Shown piece after piece: positions 12,273 to 26,344 of a stretch of DNA of 64,000 nucleotides (position 1 is the first letter of the stretch; the number at the start of each line of letters is the position of its first letter). The stretch covers positions 20,460,001 through 20,524,000 of the forward strand of contig OZ024766.1 in assembly GCA_964016885.1 (NCBI GenBank), written 5' to 3'. The translations under genes were made by a program, and so were the position numbers. Below the pieces are notes generated by a model that was not told the origin of the DNA, made no database searches, and saw only the letters and a program-made list of their open reading frames with translations. This DNA comes from Eledone cirrhosa. Taxonomy: Eukaryota.

Positions 12273-14660
12273 GGATTGGTCGAGTGCAAGGGCCTTTCCC
12301 CACTTAAAAAACCTTCAAATCACAGGCATTGCTTGTACAGGTTTGTGTGGCTGGCTGGGATTGGTCGAGTGCAAGGCCTTTCCCCACTTAAAAAACCTTC
12401 AAATCACAGACATTGCTTGTTCAGGATATGTTACAGGTTTGTGTGGCTGGCCGGGATTGGTCGAGTGCAAGGCCTTTCCCCACTTAAAAAACCTTCAAAT
12501 CACAGACATTGCTTGTTCAGGATATGTTACAGGTTTGTGTGGCTGGCTGGGATTGGTCGAGTGCAAGGCCTTTCCCCACTTAAAAAACCTTCAAAGCACA
12601 GCCATTGCTTGTTCAGGATATGTTACAGGTTTGTGTGGCTGGCCGGGATTGGTCGAGTGCAAGGCCTTTCCCCACTTAAAAAACCTTCAAATCACAGGCA
12701 TTGCTTGTTCAGGTTATGTTACAGGTTTGTGTGGCTGGCTGGGATTGGTCGAGTGCAAGGCCTTTCCCCACTTAAAAAACCTTCAAAGCACAGGCATTGC
12801 TTGTTCAGGTTATGTTACAGGTTTGTGTGGCTGGCCGGGATTGGTCGAGTGCAAGGCCTTTCCCCACTTAAAAAACCTCCAAAGCACAGGCATTGCTTGT
12901 TCAAGGTATGTTACAGGTTTGTGTGGCTGGCCGGGATTGGTCGAGTGCAAGGGCCTTTCCCCACTTAAAAAACCTTCAAATCACAGACATTGCTTGTTCA
13001 GGTTATGTTACAGGTTTGTGTGGCTGGCCGGGATTGGTCGAGTGCAAGGCCTTTCCCCACTTAAAAAACCTTCAAAGCACAGGCATTGCTTGTTCAGGAT
13101 ACGTTACAGGTTTGTGTGGCTGGCCGGGATTGGTCGAGTGCAAGGCCTTTCCCCACTTAAAAAACCTTCAAAGCACAGGCATTGCTTGTTCAGGATATGT
13201 TACAGGTTTGTGTGGCTGGCCGGGATTGGTCGAGTGCAAGGCCTTTCCCTACTTAAAAACCTTCAAAGCACAGGCATTGCTTGTTCAGGATATGTTACAG
13301 GTTTGTGTGGCTGGCCGGGATTGGTCGAGTGCAAGGCCTTTCCCTACTTAAAAACCTTCAAAGCACAGGCATTGCTTGTTCAGGATATGTTACAGGTTTG
13401 TGTGGCTGGCCGGGATTGGTCGAGTGCAAGGCCTTTCCCTACTTAAAAACCTTCAAAGCACAGGCATTGCTTGTTCAGGATATGTTACAGGTTTGTGTGG
13501 CTGGCTGGGATTGGTCGAGTGCAAGGCCTTTCCCTACTTAAAAACCTTCAAAGCACAGGCATTGCTTGTTCAGGATATGTTACAGGTTTGTGTGGCTGGC
13601 CGGGATTGGTCGAGTGCAAGGGCCTTTCCCCACTTAAAAAACCTTCAAAGCACAGGCATTGCTTGTTCAGGATATGTTACAGGTTTGTGTGGCTGGCCGG
13701 GATTGGTCGAGTGCAAGGCCTTTCCCCACTTAAAAAACCTTCAAAGCACAGGCATTGCTTGTTCAGGTTATGTTACAGGTTTGTGTGGCTGGCCGGGATT
13801 GGTCGAGTGCAAGGCCTTTCCCCACTTAAAAAACCTTCAAAGCACAGGCATTGCTTGTTCAGGTTATGTTACAGGTTTGTGTGGCTGGCCGGGATTGGTC
13901 GAGTGCAAGGCCTTTCCCTACTTAAAAACCTTCAAAGCACAGACATTGCTTGTTCAGGTTATGTTACAGGTTTGTGTGGCTGGCCGGGATTGGTCGAGTG
14001 CAAGGCCTTTCCCCACTTAAAAAACCTTCAAAGCACAGGCATTGCTTGTTCAGGATACGTTACAGGTTTGTGTGGGTGGCCGGGATTGGTCGAGTGCAAG
14101 GGCCTTTCCCCACTTAAAAAAACCTTCAAAGCACAGGCATTGCTTGTTCAGGTTATGTTACAGGTTTGTGTGGGTGGCCGGGATTGGTCGAGTGCAAGGG
14201 CCTTTCCCCACTTTAAAAACCTTCAAAGCACAGGCATTGCTTGTTCAGGTTATGTTACAGGTTTGTGTGGCTGGCCGGGATTGGTCGAGTGCAAGGCCTT
14301 TCTCCACTTAAAAAACCTTCAAAGCACAGGCATTGCTTGTTCAGGGTATGTTACAGGTTTGTGTGGCTGGCCGGGATTGGTCGAGTGCAAGGCCTTTCTC
14401 CACTTAAAAAACCTTCAAAGCACAGGCATTGCTTGTTCAGGGTATGTTACAGGTTTGTGTGGCTGGCTGGGATTGGTCGAGTACAAGGCCTTTCCCCACT
14501 TAAAAAACCTTCAAAGCACAGGCATTGCTTGTTCAGGATATGTTACAGGTTTGTGTGGCTGGCCGGGATTGGTCGAGTGCAAGGGCCTTTCCCCACTTAA
14601 AAAACCTTCAAAGCACAGGCATTGCTTGTTCAGGATACGTTACAGGTTTGTGTGGCTGGC
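12273..14660 (+). repeat. 95-97-bp minisatellite, about 25 copies
   Basis: Unit ggattggtcgagtgcaaggcctttccccacttaaaaaaccttcaaagcacaggcattgcttgttcaggatatgttacaggtttgtgtggctggccg. It explains all ORFs between 12165 and 14670. Confidence 0.97.
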
Positions 14661-14967
14661 CATAGCCTAAAAGTCCACCAAACTCTATAATCTGACAAGC
14701 AATTGAAATACTCTTAGCAGAGTTTGCAGCCATATATATATATATTTCGTTTCTGAATTTGTTTAGCAAGATTCTTTATCTGAAAACGTGTGTTGTTATA
14801 CTTTGGGAGGGTCATGTTGCCAATATTTATTGACAACATGACCCTCCCGAAGCATGACAATATATATATGTAGGAGGTGAGTTTTATTGTAGTACAATAA
14901 AGCAATGACATGTTGATTTAAAACTGCACTATCCACAAGTGTTTTTAACCTTCATATCATGTCTTCC

Positions 14968-15038
14968 TATTTTATCTGATGAAAACACAAATGTTATTGC
15001 ATAATGATATTTGTTTTTGAAATGCGCATAATAAAATA
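14968..15038 (+). ncRNA. type I hammerhead ribozyme motif
   Basis: TATTTTAT-CTGATGA-[helix II hairpin]-GAAA-TGCGCA-TA-ATAAAATA: 8-bp helix I and palindromic helix III. Confidence 0.75.
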
Positions 15039-15068
15039 CATGGAACTCTTTTAACCATCTTTTGTTCT

Positions 15069-15101
<33 letters not shown>

Positions 15102-15187
15102 GGTAAGTTATTCCGGGTTGAATCGGAGGTAACCACAGTAAGTAAGGTACTCAATACATTGCAGAGTATAAAAGTTGTAATATAGAT

Positions 15188-15240
15188 GAGATTCTACAGG
15201 ACTAGAACTGTTTCATTCTTTAGAAATCATCAGGAATCTC
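15188..15240 (-). ncRNA. type I hammerhead ribozyme motif
   Basis: Minus strand reads GAGATTC-CTGATGA-tTTCtaaaGAAt-GAAA-CAG(ttctagtc)CTG-TA-GAATCTC: perfect 7-bp helix I, GUA cleavage triplet. Confidence 0.75.
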
Positions 15241-15322
15241 CTGATATGACTACCCAAGGAATATTCAACTGATGAGGTATGATTTCCTTGGGTAGATATG
15301 TCAAAATTTATAAAACACTTTG

Positions 15323-15386
15323 TATTTTATCTGATGAAAGCGTACCAAAGTTTTTTTGGTACATTTGAAATATATATAATAGAATA
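15323..15386 (+). ncRNA. type I hammerhead ribozyme motif
   Basis: TATTTTAT-CTGATGA-aagcGTACCAAAg..tTTTGGTACattt-GAAA-TATATA-TA-ATAGAATA. Confidence 0.7.
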
Positions 15387-15415
15387 AATATAGTTTCCAT
15401 TTATTTAATATCATG

Positions 15416-15496
<81 letters not shown>

Positions 15497-16489
15497 AATA
15501 TAAGTCTGTATATATTTATTCCCCTTCATATAATTTACCTAAAACCAAATATGAAGCTCTCTCTCTCTCTGTGTCAGTCGGCCCCCTCTCTCTATTATTA
15601 CTCTGTCACTCATTCACCCTCTCTATAGCTCTATCTCTCACCATCACTCATTGCTAAGTCACTCGTTCCCTTTCTCTATAGCTTTATCTCCCACCATTAC
15701 TCTCTTTCGCTTTTTAACACTCCCTCACTAATACAACGCTATCACTTGCTTCCTCTGTCTATAGCTCCATCTCCTACTATTACTCTTTCTCTCTCTTTAA
15801 CACTCCCTCACTAGCTCAACTCCGTCACTTGTTCCTCTCTATATAGCTCAATCTCCTACTATTACTCTTTCTCTCTCTTTAACACTTCCTCACTAGCGCA
15901 ACCCCGTCACTTGTTCCTCTCTCTATAGCTCTATCTCCTACTATTACTCTTTCTCTCTCTTTAACACTCCCTCACTAACACAACTCTGTCACTCGCTCCC
16001 TCTCTCTAAAGCTATCTCTCTCACCACCATTCTTTCTCGCTTTAACACACCCTCTCTCACTAACACTACTCTGTCACTCGCTTCCTCTCTATATAGCTTT
16101 ACCTCACACCACACCCTTTCTGTCACTGTTACTCACTCATTCCCTCACTAACACGACTCTGTTATTTACTTCCTTACTCTCTTTTGAACGCTACTACCTC
16201 CCACTTTCACTCACTCCCTCACTAACACATGTTACTCTCCCTCTCTCTCTCTATATATATATCTTTACCTCCTATCACCCCTGTCTCTTTAATATTACTA
16301 CTTTCTCTGACTAACACTCAGTCACTCCGTCATTAATACTACTACCTCCCACCATCACTTTCTCTCTTTAACACTCTCTAACTAACACTACTTTATCTCT
16401 TGCTCCCTCTTTAACTTACGCACTCCCTCCCTTTCTTTATTACTCTATCTCCCACCATCCCTCTCATTAAAACACCTTTATCTCTAACT

Positions 16490-17140
16490 TTCTCCCTCAC
16501 TAATATTACTCTGTCACTACCTCACTCCCTTTCTCTATTACACTTTCTCTCCTTCCCTCCCTCACTAATACTACTCCGTCACTTACTCACTCGGTCTCTC
16601 TATTAGTTTCTCTTCTTCCCTCCCTCACTAACACTACTCCGTCACTTACTCACTCGGTCTCTCTATTACTCTTTCTCTCCTCCCCTCCCTCACTAATACT
16701 ACTCCGTCACTTACTCACTCGGTCTCTCTATTACTTTCTCTTCTTCCCTCCCTCACTAACACTACTCCGTCACTTACTCACTCGGTCTCTCTATTACTCT
16801 TTCTCTCCTTCCCTCTCTCACTAACACTACTCCGTCACTTACTCACTCCCTCTCTCTATTACTCTTTCTCTCCTTCCCTCCCTCACTAACACTACTCCGT
16901 CACTTACTCGCTCGGTCTCTCTATTACTCTTTCTCTCCTTCCCTCTCTCACTAACACTACTCCGTCACTTACTCACTCCCTCTCTCTATTACTCTTTCTC
17001 TCCTTCCCTCCCTCACTAACACTACTCCGTCACTTACTCGCTCGGTCTCTCTATTACTCTTTCTCCCACTAACACTCCTCTATCTCTCACTCCCTCCCTC
17101 ACTAGCACCACTCCGTCACTCACTCACTCCCTCTGTCTAT
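16490..17140 (+). repeat. about 64-bp CT-rich tandem repeat
   Basis: cactaacactactccgtcacttactcactcggtctctctattactctttctctcc recurs at 63-65-bp spacing. Confidence 0.85.
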
Positions 17141-17250
17141 CACTCTACCTCCCACCACCTCTAAATCACTACAAAAAAGAAAATATTTCGTACATTACAA
17201 CCCAAGAGCAACAAATTTCCTTTTTGCCGTCTCATTAAGTGAAGGATTTA

Positions 17251-17408
17251 ATGGCTTTTATGCATCGCCTACGGGAAATTAGTGGAGAAATAGTGAAAAG
17301 ACTCCCTAATAGTCGTCAAGATGCTGTTGCCGTCTATGTACCATCATTCGGGGCCGTCAGTTACAGCCTATTCGCCCTAAATATACTAGAACACACCAAA
17401 TTTAAAAG
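17251..17408 (+). CDS. uncharacterised small multi-pass membrane protein, exon 1
   Basis: MAFMHRLREISGEIVKRLPNSRQDAVAVYVPSFGAVSYSLFALNILEHTKFK, then AG|gtaggt donor (phase 2). Joins in frame to the exon at 25132. Confidence 0.7.
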
Positions 17409-18199
17409 GTAGGTACCCTTCATTTTTATCGTTTGGTTTGACCTGGTCGTCCTTTCCTCCCCTTCTTTGCTCCTCTCTCTACATTGCCTGGTTACTCTTT
17501 CTTATACTCTTACACCTTTCTCTACATAACATTCGTCCCTCTCTCTTTAACCCTCATACCCCTCTCTATATAACTGTTGCTCTCTCTTACACTCCTACCC
17601 CTTTATATATGACTGTTACTCTCTCACACTCCTACCCCTTTATATACAACTGTGCCTCTCTCCCCTTCTTTGCTCCTCTCTCTTTAACCCTCATCCCCCT
17701 CTCTATATATAACTGTTACTCTCTCACACTCCTACCCCTTTATATACAACTGTGCCTCTCTCCCCTTCTTTGCTCCCCTCTCTCTATATAGCTTCGTTAC
17801 TCTCTCTCACACTACTACCCCTCTCTTTATAGTTATGTTTCTCTCTCTCGTCCCCTCTATAGCTTCGTTCCTCTCTCCCCTTCCTCTCTATATACATCCT
17901 AGTTCTTCTCTTCGCTCCTCTCTCTATATATATATATTAGCTCTGTTCCTCTCTCTCTTACTTTCCTACCCCTCTCTATATATATATAACTGTCCCTTTC
18001 TCTCCTACCCCTCTCTCTCTATATGTAACTTTCCATCTCCCTCTTACTCTCCTCGCCTCTCACTCTCTCGCTCTTCTACCCCTCTCTCTCTCACACTCAT
18101 TTACTCTCCCCCTCTCTATATTCATCCTTCGTTTCTCTATATTTTTCTGTCTTATATTTCTACGAATTCGTACTTTCGCTTGTTTAAGGTTAAGTTAGT

Positions 18200-18222
18200 C
18201 ACATATATATATATATACACCC

Positions 18223-18253
<31 letters not shown>

Positions 18254-18350
18254 CCTATATATATATATATATATACTAGGGTGTAGAAGCACATGGTGTA
18301 TATATAAAGATTAATTATTCTCTCTTTAATCCGACAGAAGAAATATTTTA

Positions 18351-18391
<41 letters not shown>

Positions 18392-18769
18392 ATATAATAA
18401 ATATGTGTGTGTGTGTGTATATATATATATGTGTGTGTGTGTATATATATGTGTGTGTGTGTATATATATATATGTGTGTATATATATATATATGTGTAT
18501 ATATATATATATGTGTGTATGTATATATATATGTGTGTATATATATATATATATGTGTGTATATATATATATATATGTGTGTATGTATATATATATATGT
18601 GTGTATATATATATATGTGTGTATATATATATATATATGTGTGTGTGTATATATATATATGTGTGTGTGTATATATATATATGTGTGTGTATATATGTGT
18701 GTGTGTGTATATATGTGTGTGTGTGTATATATATATGTGTGTGTGTATATATATGTATATATGTGTGTG

Positions 18770-18809
<40 letters not shown>

Positions 18810-19106
18810 ATATATATATGTAATATGTATGTACACATTTTCATATATATGTACGTGGTGTATATATATATATATATATATACACATATATGTATATACG
18901 TTTATATATGTATGTACATATTTTAATATATATATATATATGTGTCTGAATATATATATATATATATACACACATACACACACATATATATATATACACC
19001 CGATTTATTCAAAGATATGACCTTAAAGACGTAAAAGTACAAAGAGTGTATATACATACATGTTTACGTGACTACCTACATGTATGTATATAGTATATAT
19101 ATATAG

Positions 19107-19162
<56 letters not shown>

Positions 19163-19394
19163 ATATATATATATATACTACATACCTATATATATATACT
19201 ATATACATACATGTTTACGTGACTACCTACATGTATGTATATAGTATATATATATAGGTATGTAGTATATATATATAGGTATATATATATAGGTATATAT
19301 ATACCTATATATATATACTATATACATACCTATATATATATATACTATATACATACATGTAGGTAGTCACGTAAACATGTATGTATATATATAT

Positions 19395-19425
<31 letters not shown>
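18200..19425. repeat. (TA)n/(TG)n compound microsatellite
   Basis: Directly visible. Includes a ~45-bp unit present twice directly (about 19050 and 19203) and once inverted (about 19345-19390). Confidence 0.95.
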
Positions 19426-19580
19426 GGAACGAGTAGGACCCCGACGGCTAATTCTGGACAAGGGTCCAGAATTAGCCGTCGAAACGGCTTGATCTCAGCC
19501 GTCGGGGTCTTACACGTTCCTATTACCCACTCTACTACCTCAAGTATTGAGTACTTTGGTGCGTTATGGTCCACCTGGTA
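19423..19580 (+). mobile_element. fold-back (hairpin) Penelope-like terminal fragment
   Basis: taggaac..gaccccgacggct / agccgtcggggtc..gttccta inverted arms enclose a helix-GAAA-helix-TC hammerhead 3' half; aagtattgagtac lies downstream. Relatives near 11695, 57665, 59865 and 63647. Confidence 0.55.
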
Positions 19581-19633
19581 TATATATATACATATATACA
19601 CATACATACATATATATATACATACATATATAT

Positions 19634-19678
<45 letters not shown>

Positions 19679-19732
19679 AGAAACTGACCACACAAAATTC
19701 AAGAAGTCTTTGGACAAGTTCCTCCAAGTAAT

Positions 19733-22700
19733 CCCGGACAAACCACCCACACCCGGACAAACCACCCACACCCGGACAAACCACCCACACCCGGACAGAC
19801 CACCCACACCCGGACAGACCACCCACACCCGGACAAACCACCCACACCCGGACAAACCACCCACACCCGGACAAACCACCCACACCCGGACAGACCACCC
19901 ACACCCGGACAGACCACCCACACCCGGACAAACCACCCACACCCGGACAAACCACCCACACCCGGACAAACCACCCACACCCGGACAAACCACCCACACC
20001 CGGACAGACCACCCACACCCGGACAGACCACCCACACCCGGACAGACCACCCACACCCGGACAGACCACCCACACCCGGACAAACCACCCACACCCGGAC
20101 AAACCACCCACACCCGGACAAACCACCCACACCCGGACAAACCACCCACACCCGGACAAACCACCCACACCCGGACAAACCACCCACACCCGGACAAACC
20201 ACCCACACCCGGACAAACCACCCACACCCGGACAAACCACCCACACCCGGACAAACCACCCACACCCGGACAGACCACCCACACCCGGACAGACCACCCA
20301 CACCCGGACAGACCACCCACACCCGGACAGACCACCCACACCCGGACAAACCACCCACACCCGGACAAACCACCCACACCCGGACAAACCACCCACACCC
20401 GGACAAACCACCCACACCCGGACAGACCACCCACACCCGGACAGACCACCCACACCCGGACAGACCACCCACACCCGGACAGACCACCCACACCCGGACA
20501 GACCACCCACACCCGGACAAACCACCCACACCCGGACAAACCACCCACACCCGGACAAACCACCCACACCCGGACAAACCACCCACACCCGGACAGACCA
20601 CCCACACCCGGACAGACCAGCCACACCCGGACAAACCACCCACACCCGGACAAACCACCCACACCCGGACAAACCACCCACACCCGGACAAACCACCCAC
20701 ACCCGGACAAACCACCCACACCCGGACAAACCACCCACACCCGGACAGACCACCCACACCCGGACAGACCACCCACACCCGGACAGACCACCCACACCCG
20801 GACAAACCACCCACACCCGGACAGACCACCCACACCCGGACAGACCACCCACACCCGGACAGACCAGCCACACCCGGACAGACCAGCCACACCCGGACAA
20901 ACCACCCACACCCGGACAAACCACCCACACCCGGACAAACCACCCACACCCGGACAAACCACCCACACCCGGACAGACCACCCACACCCGGACAGACCAC
21001 CCACACCCGGACAGACCACCCACACCCGGACAGACCACCCACACCCGGACAGACCACCCACACCCGGACAGACCACCCACACCCGGACAGACCACCCACA
21101 CCCGGACAGACCAGCCACACCCGGACAAACCACCCACACCCGGACAGACCACCCACACCCGGACAGACCACCCACACCCGGACAAACCACCCACACCCGG
21201 ACAAACCACCCACACCCGGACAAACCACCCACACCCGGACAAACCACCCACACCCGGACAGACCACCCACACCCGGACAGACCACCCACACCCGGACAGA
21301 CCACCCACACCCGGACAGACCACCCACACCCGGACAGACCACCCACACCCGGACAGACCACCCACACCCGGACAGACCACCCACACCCGGACAAACCACC
21401 CACACCCGGACAAACCACCCACACCCGGACAAACCACCCACACCCGGACAAACCACCCACACCCGGACAGACCACCCACACCCGGACAGACCAGCCACAC
21501 CCGGACAGACCAGCCACACCCGGACAAACCACCCACACCCGGACAGACCACCCACACCCGGACAAACCACCCACACCCGGACAAACCACCCACACCCGGA
21601 CAAACCACCCACACCCGGACAAACCACCCACACCCGGACAGACCACCCACACCCGGACAGACCACCCACACCCGGACAGACCACCCACACCCGGACAAAC
21701 CACCCACACCCGGACAAACCACCCACACCCGGACAGACCACCCACACCCGGACAGACCACCCACACCCGGACAGACCACCCACACCCGGACAGACCACCC
21801 ACACCCGGACAGACCAGCCACACCCGGACAAACCACCCACACCCGGACAAACCACCCACACCCGGACAAACCACCCACACCCGGACAAACCACCCACACC
21901 CGGACAGACCACCCACACCCGGACAGACCACCCACACCCGGACAGACCACCCACACCCGGACAGACCAGCCACACCCGGACAGACCAGCCACACCCGGAC
22001 AAACCACCCACACCCGGACAGACCACCCACACCCGGACAAACCACCCACACCCGGACAGACCACCCACACCCGGACAGACCACCCACACCCGGACAGACC
22101 ACCCACACCCGGACAGACCACCCACACCCGGACAGACCACCCACACCCGGACAAACCACCCACACCCGGACAGACCACCCACACCCGGACAGACCACCCA
22201 CACCCGGACAGACCACCCACACCCGGACAGACCACCCACACCCGGACAAACCACCCACACCCGGACAAACCACCCACACCCGGACAGACCACCCACACCC
22301 GGACAAACCACCCACACCCGGACAAACCACCCACACCCGGACAGACCACCCACACCCGGACAAACCACCCACACCCGGACAAACCACCCACACCCGGACA
22401 AACCACCCACACCCGGACAGACCACCCACACCCGGACAAACCACCCACACCCGGACAAACCACCCACACCCGGACAAACCACCCACACCCGGACAAACCA
22501 CCCACACCCGGACAAACCACCCACACCCGGACAAACCACCCACACCCGGACAGACCACCCACACCCGGACAAACCACCCACACCCGGACAGACCACCCAC
22601 ACCCGGACAAACCACCCACACCCGGACAAACCACCCACACCCGGACAAACCACCCACACCCGGACAAACCACCCACACCCGGACAAACCACCCACACCCG

Positions 22701-23880
22701 GACAGACCACCCACACCCGGACAAACCACCCACACCCGGACAGACCACCCACACCCGGACAGACCAGCCACACCCGGACAGACCACCCACACCCGGACAA
22801 ACCACCCACACCCGGACAAACCACCCACACCCGGACAAACCACCCACACCCGGACAAACCACCCACACCCGGACAAACCACCCACACCCGGACAGACCAC
22901 CCACACCCGGACAGACCACCCACACCCGGACAGACCACCCACACCCGGACAAACCACCCACACCCGGACAAACCACCCACACCCGGACAGACCACCCACA
23001 CCCGGACAGACCAGCCACACCCGGACAGACCAGCCACACCCGGACAAACCACCCACACCCGGACAGACCACCCACACCCGGACAAACCACCCACACCCGG
23101 ACAGACCACCCACACCCGGACAGACCACCCACACCCGGACAGACCACCCACACCCGGACAGACCACCCACACCCGGACAGACCACCCACACCCGGACAAA
23201 CCACCCACACCCGGACAGACCACCCACACCCGGACAGACCACCCACACCCGGACAAACCACCCACACCCGGACAGACCACCCACACCCGGACAAACCACC
23301 CACACCCGGACAGACCACCCACACCCGGACAGACCACCCACACCCGGACAAACCACCCACACCCGGACAAACCACCCACACCCGGACAAACCACCCACAC
23401 CCGGACAAACCACCCACACCCGGACAGACCAGCCACACCCGGACAAACCACCCACACCCGGACAAACCACCCACACCCGGACAAACCACCCACACCCGGA
23501 CAGACCACCCACACCCGGACAGACCACCCACACCCGGACAGACCACCCACACCCGGACAGACCACCCACACCCGGACAAACCACCCACACCCGGACAAAC
23601 CACCCACACCCGGACAAACCACCCACACCCGGACAGACCACCCACACCCGGACAGACCACCCACACCCGGACAGACCACCCACACCCGGACAGACCACCC
23701 ACACCCGGACAGACCACCCACACCCGGACAAACCACCCACACCCGGACAAACCACCCACACCCGGACAAACCACCCACACCCGGACAAACCACCCACACC
23801 CGGACAGACCACCCACACCCGGACAGACCACCCACACCCGGACAGACCACCCACACCCGGACAGACCACCCACACCCGGA
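19733..23880 (+). repeat. 19-bp minisatellite, about 218 copies, inside a LINE ORF2 C-terminus
   Basis: Unit CCCGGACA(A/G)ACCA(C/G)CCACA. With the array collapsed, the flanks read [31 protein letters not shown], resembling CR1/L2-like ORF2 ends. Confidence 0.95.
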
Positions 23881-24022
23881 TATGTCTCCGCAAACAGTAA
23901 TTCTCTTCTCGAATGGGCCATGGTGCCCAAATCCTGAATTGAAAGACTTCGCCAGGTGGTGCTATTAAGTTAGACATGGCCTGGGCCAATACTGGCCAAA
24001 ACATTTCAAAGTTATTCAAAGT

Positions 24023-25077
<1,055 letters not shown>

Positions 25078-25131
25078 CCTTCTTTTTTTTTTTGTTGCTA
25101 ATTTCCTCTAAATTTGTTGAATATTTTTCAG

Positions 25132-25525
25132 GCTCCTCTCCCCCAACGAATTACTGGTAGGGAACATCCTCTGGCTGAACGCCCACCTAGGGGTCGGCTT
25201 CTACATCTACAAAAGGCGCCACCTGGAGGACAGCCCCGTCCACAAAAGGATCATGTACAGCGCCTTCGGCACGGTGGCGTTTAACTTCGGCTCCGTGCTG
25301 CTGTGGGCGTCCCTGAAGTCCTTGCTGCCCGCCGCCCCGTACCTGCGCACCCTCTGCGCCCTCGTCACCAGCTGTGGCCTGCTCTACATCGGCAAGGACT
25401 ACCTCGACCACGTCGACGCCCACGTCTCCGTTGCGCCGCCGATGGTCGCTCCGCAGATTCTCGCTGCTGGCGGACAGACGCAGTGTCGGGAGGACGATGG
25501 CAGCTGTAGCCCACTGGAGGAGTAG
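25132..25525 (+). CDS. uncharacterised small multi-pass membrane protein, exon 2 (183 aa total)
   Basis: ttttcag acceptor and strong GC3 codon bias. Reads [66 protein letters not shown]...DYLDHVD...SPLEE*, with several hydrophobic helices. Confidence 0.75.
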
Positions 25526-26344
25526 ACGGTGTTGAGTGGGAGTGTTGAGTATGAGTGAGAGTGTTGAGTATGAGTGTTGAGTGAGAGTGTTGAGTATGAG
25601 TGTTGAGTATGAGTGTTGAGTGTTGAGTATGAGTATGAGTGTTGAGTGAGAGTGTTGAGTATGAGTGTTGAGGGATGAGAGTGTGTGTGTGGAGGGGTAG
25701 AGTGCTGACTGCAGGGTGAGTGAGGGGAGTGCTGAGTGGGGTGGGGGGTGTTAGAGTGGTGAGTGTGGGGAGAGTGTTGATGGTGAGGTAGGGAGTGTTG
25801 TTGTGAAGTGTGTGAGTGAGTGAGTGTGTGTGTGTGTGTGCTGGGGGGGGGGAGTGCTGACTGCAGGGTGAGTGAGGGCGGGAGAGTGTTGAGGGTGAGG
25901 TAGGGAGAGTTGAGTGGGGGGGGGGGAGTTGAGTGGAGTGCAAGTGAAGGAGGGGGTTTTGAATGTGAGTGAGACTGTTGAGTGTGTGTGTGGGGGAGAG
26001 GGGGCTGGTCGAGTGTGAGTGAGGGAGGGTTAAGTGGAGGAAGGAGAGTTTGGTGGAGTCGTCGAGTGTGAGGGAATAAGATATGAGTGGGAGTTGCGTG
26101 GGGGGACGGAGATGGGTGTAATAGGGTCGAGTGAGAGAATAGTCTAGTATGAATGAGGGAGGGAGGGAGAGTTGAGTAGAATATGAGTGAGGGAGGGAGA
26201 GTGAGAGGAGTAGAAAGGGAAAATAGGGTCGAGTGTAGTATGAGTGGAGTGTGGGAAAACTAGAGGGTAAAATTTGAGAGAGAGACAATCAAATATAAAT
26301 ACCAAAGATGGCAGCAACAACAACAACAATTTTGATGATTAATT

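Noticed and set aside
12165-14670. Cys-rich repetitive ORFs; superficially array-like
   Set aside because: A 96-bp tandem repeat with frameshifting indels and no unique spacers, so neither a gene nor a CRISPR array. A LINE origin is possible, but the evidence is weak.
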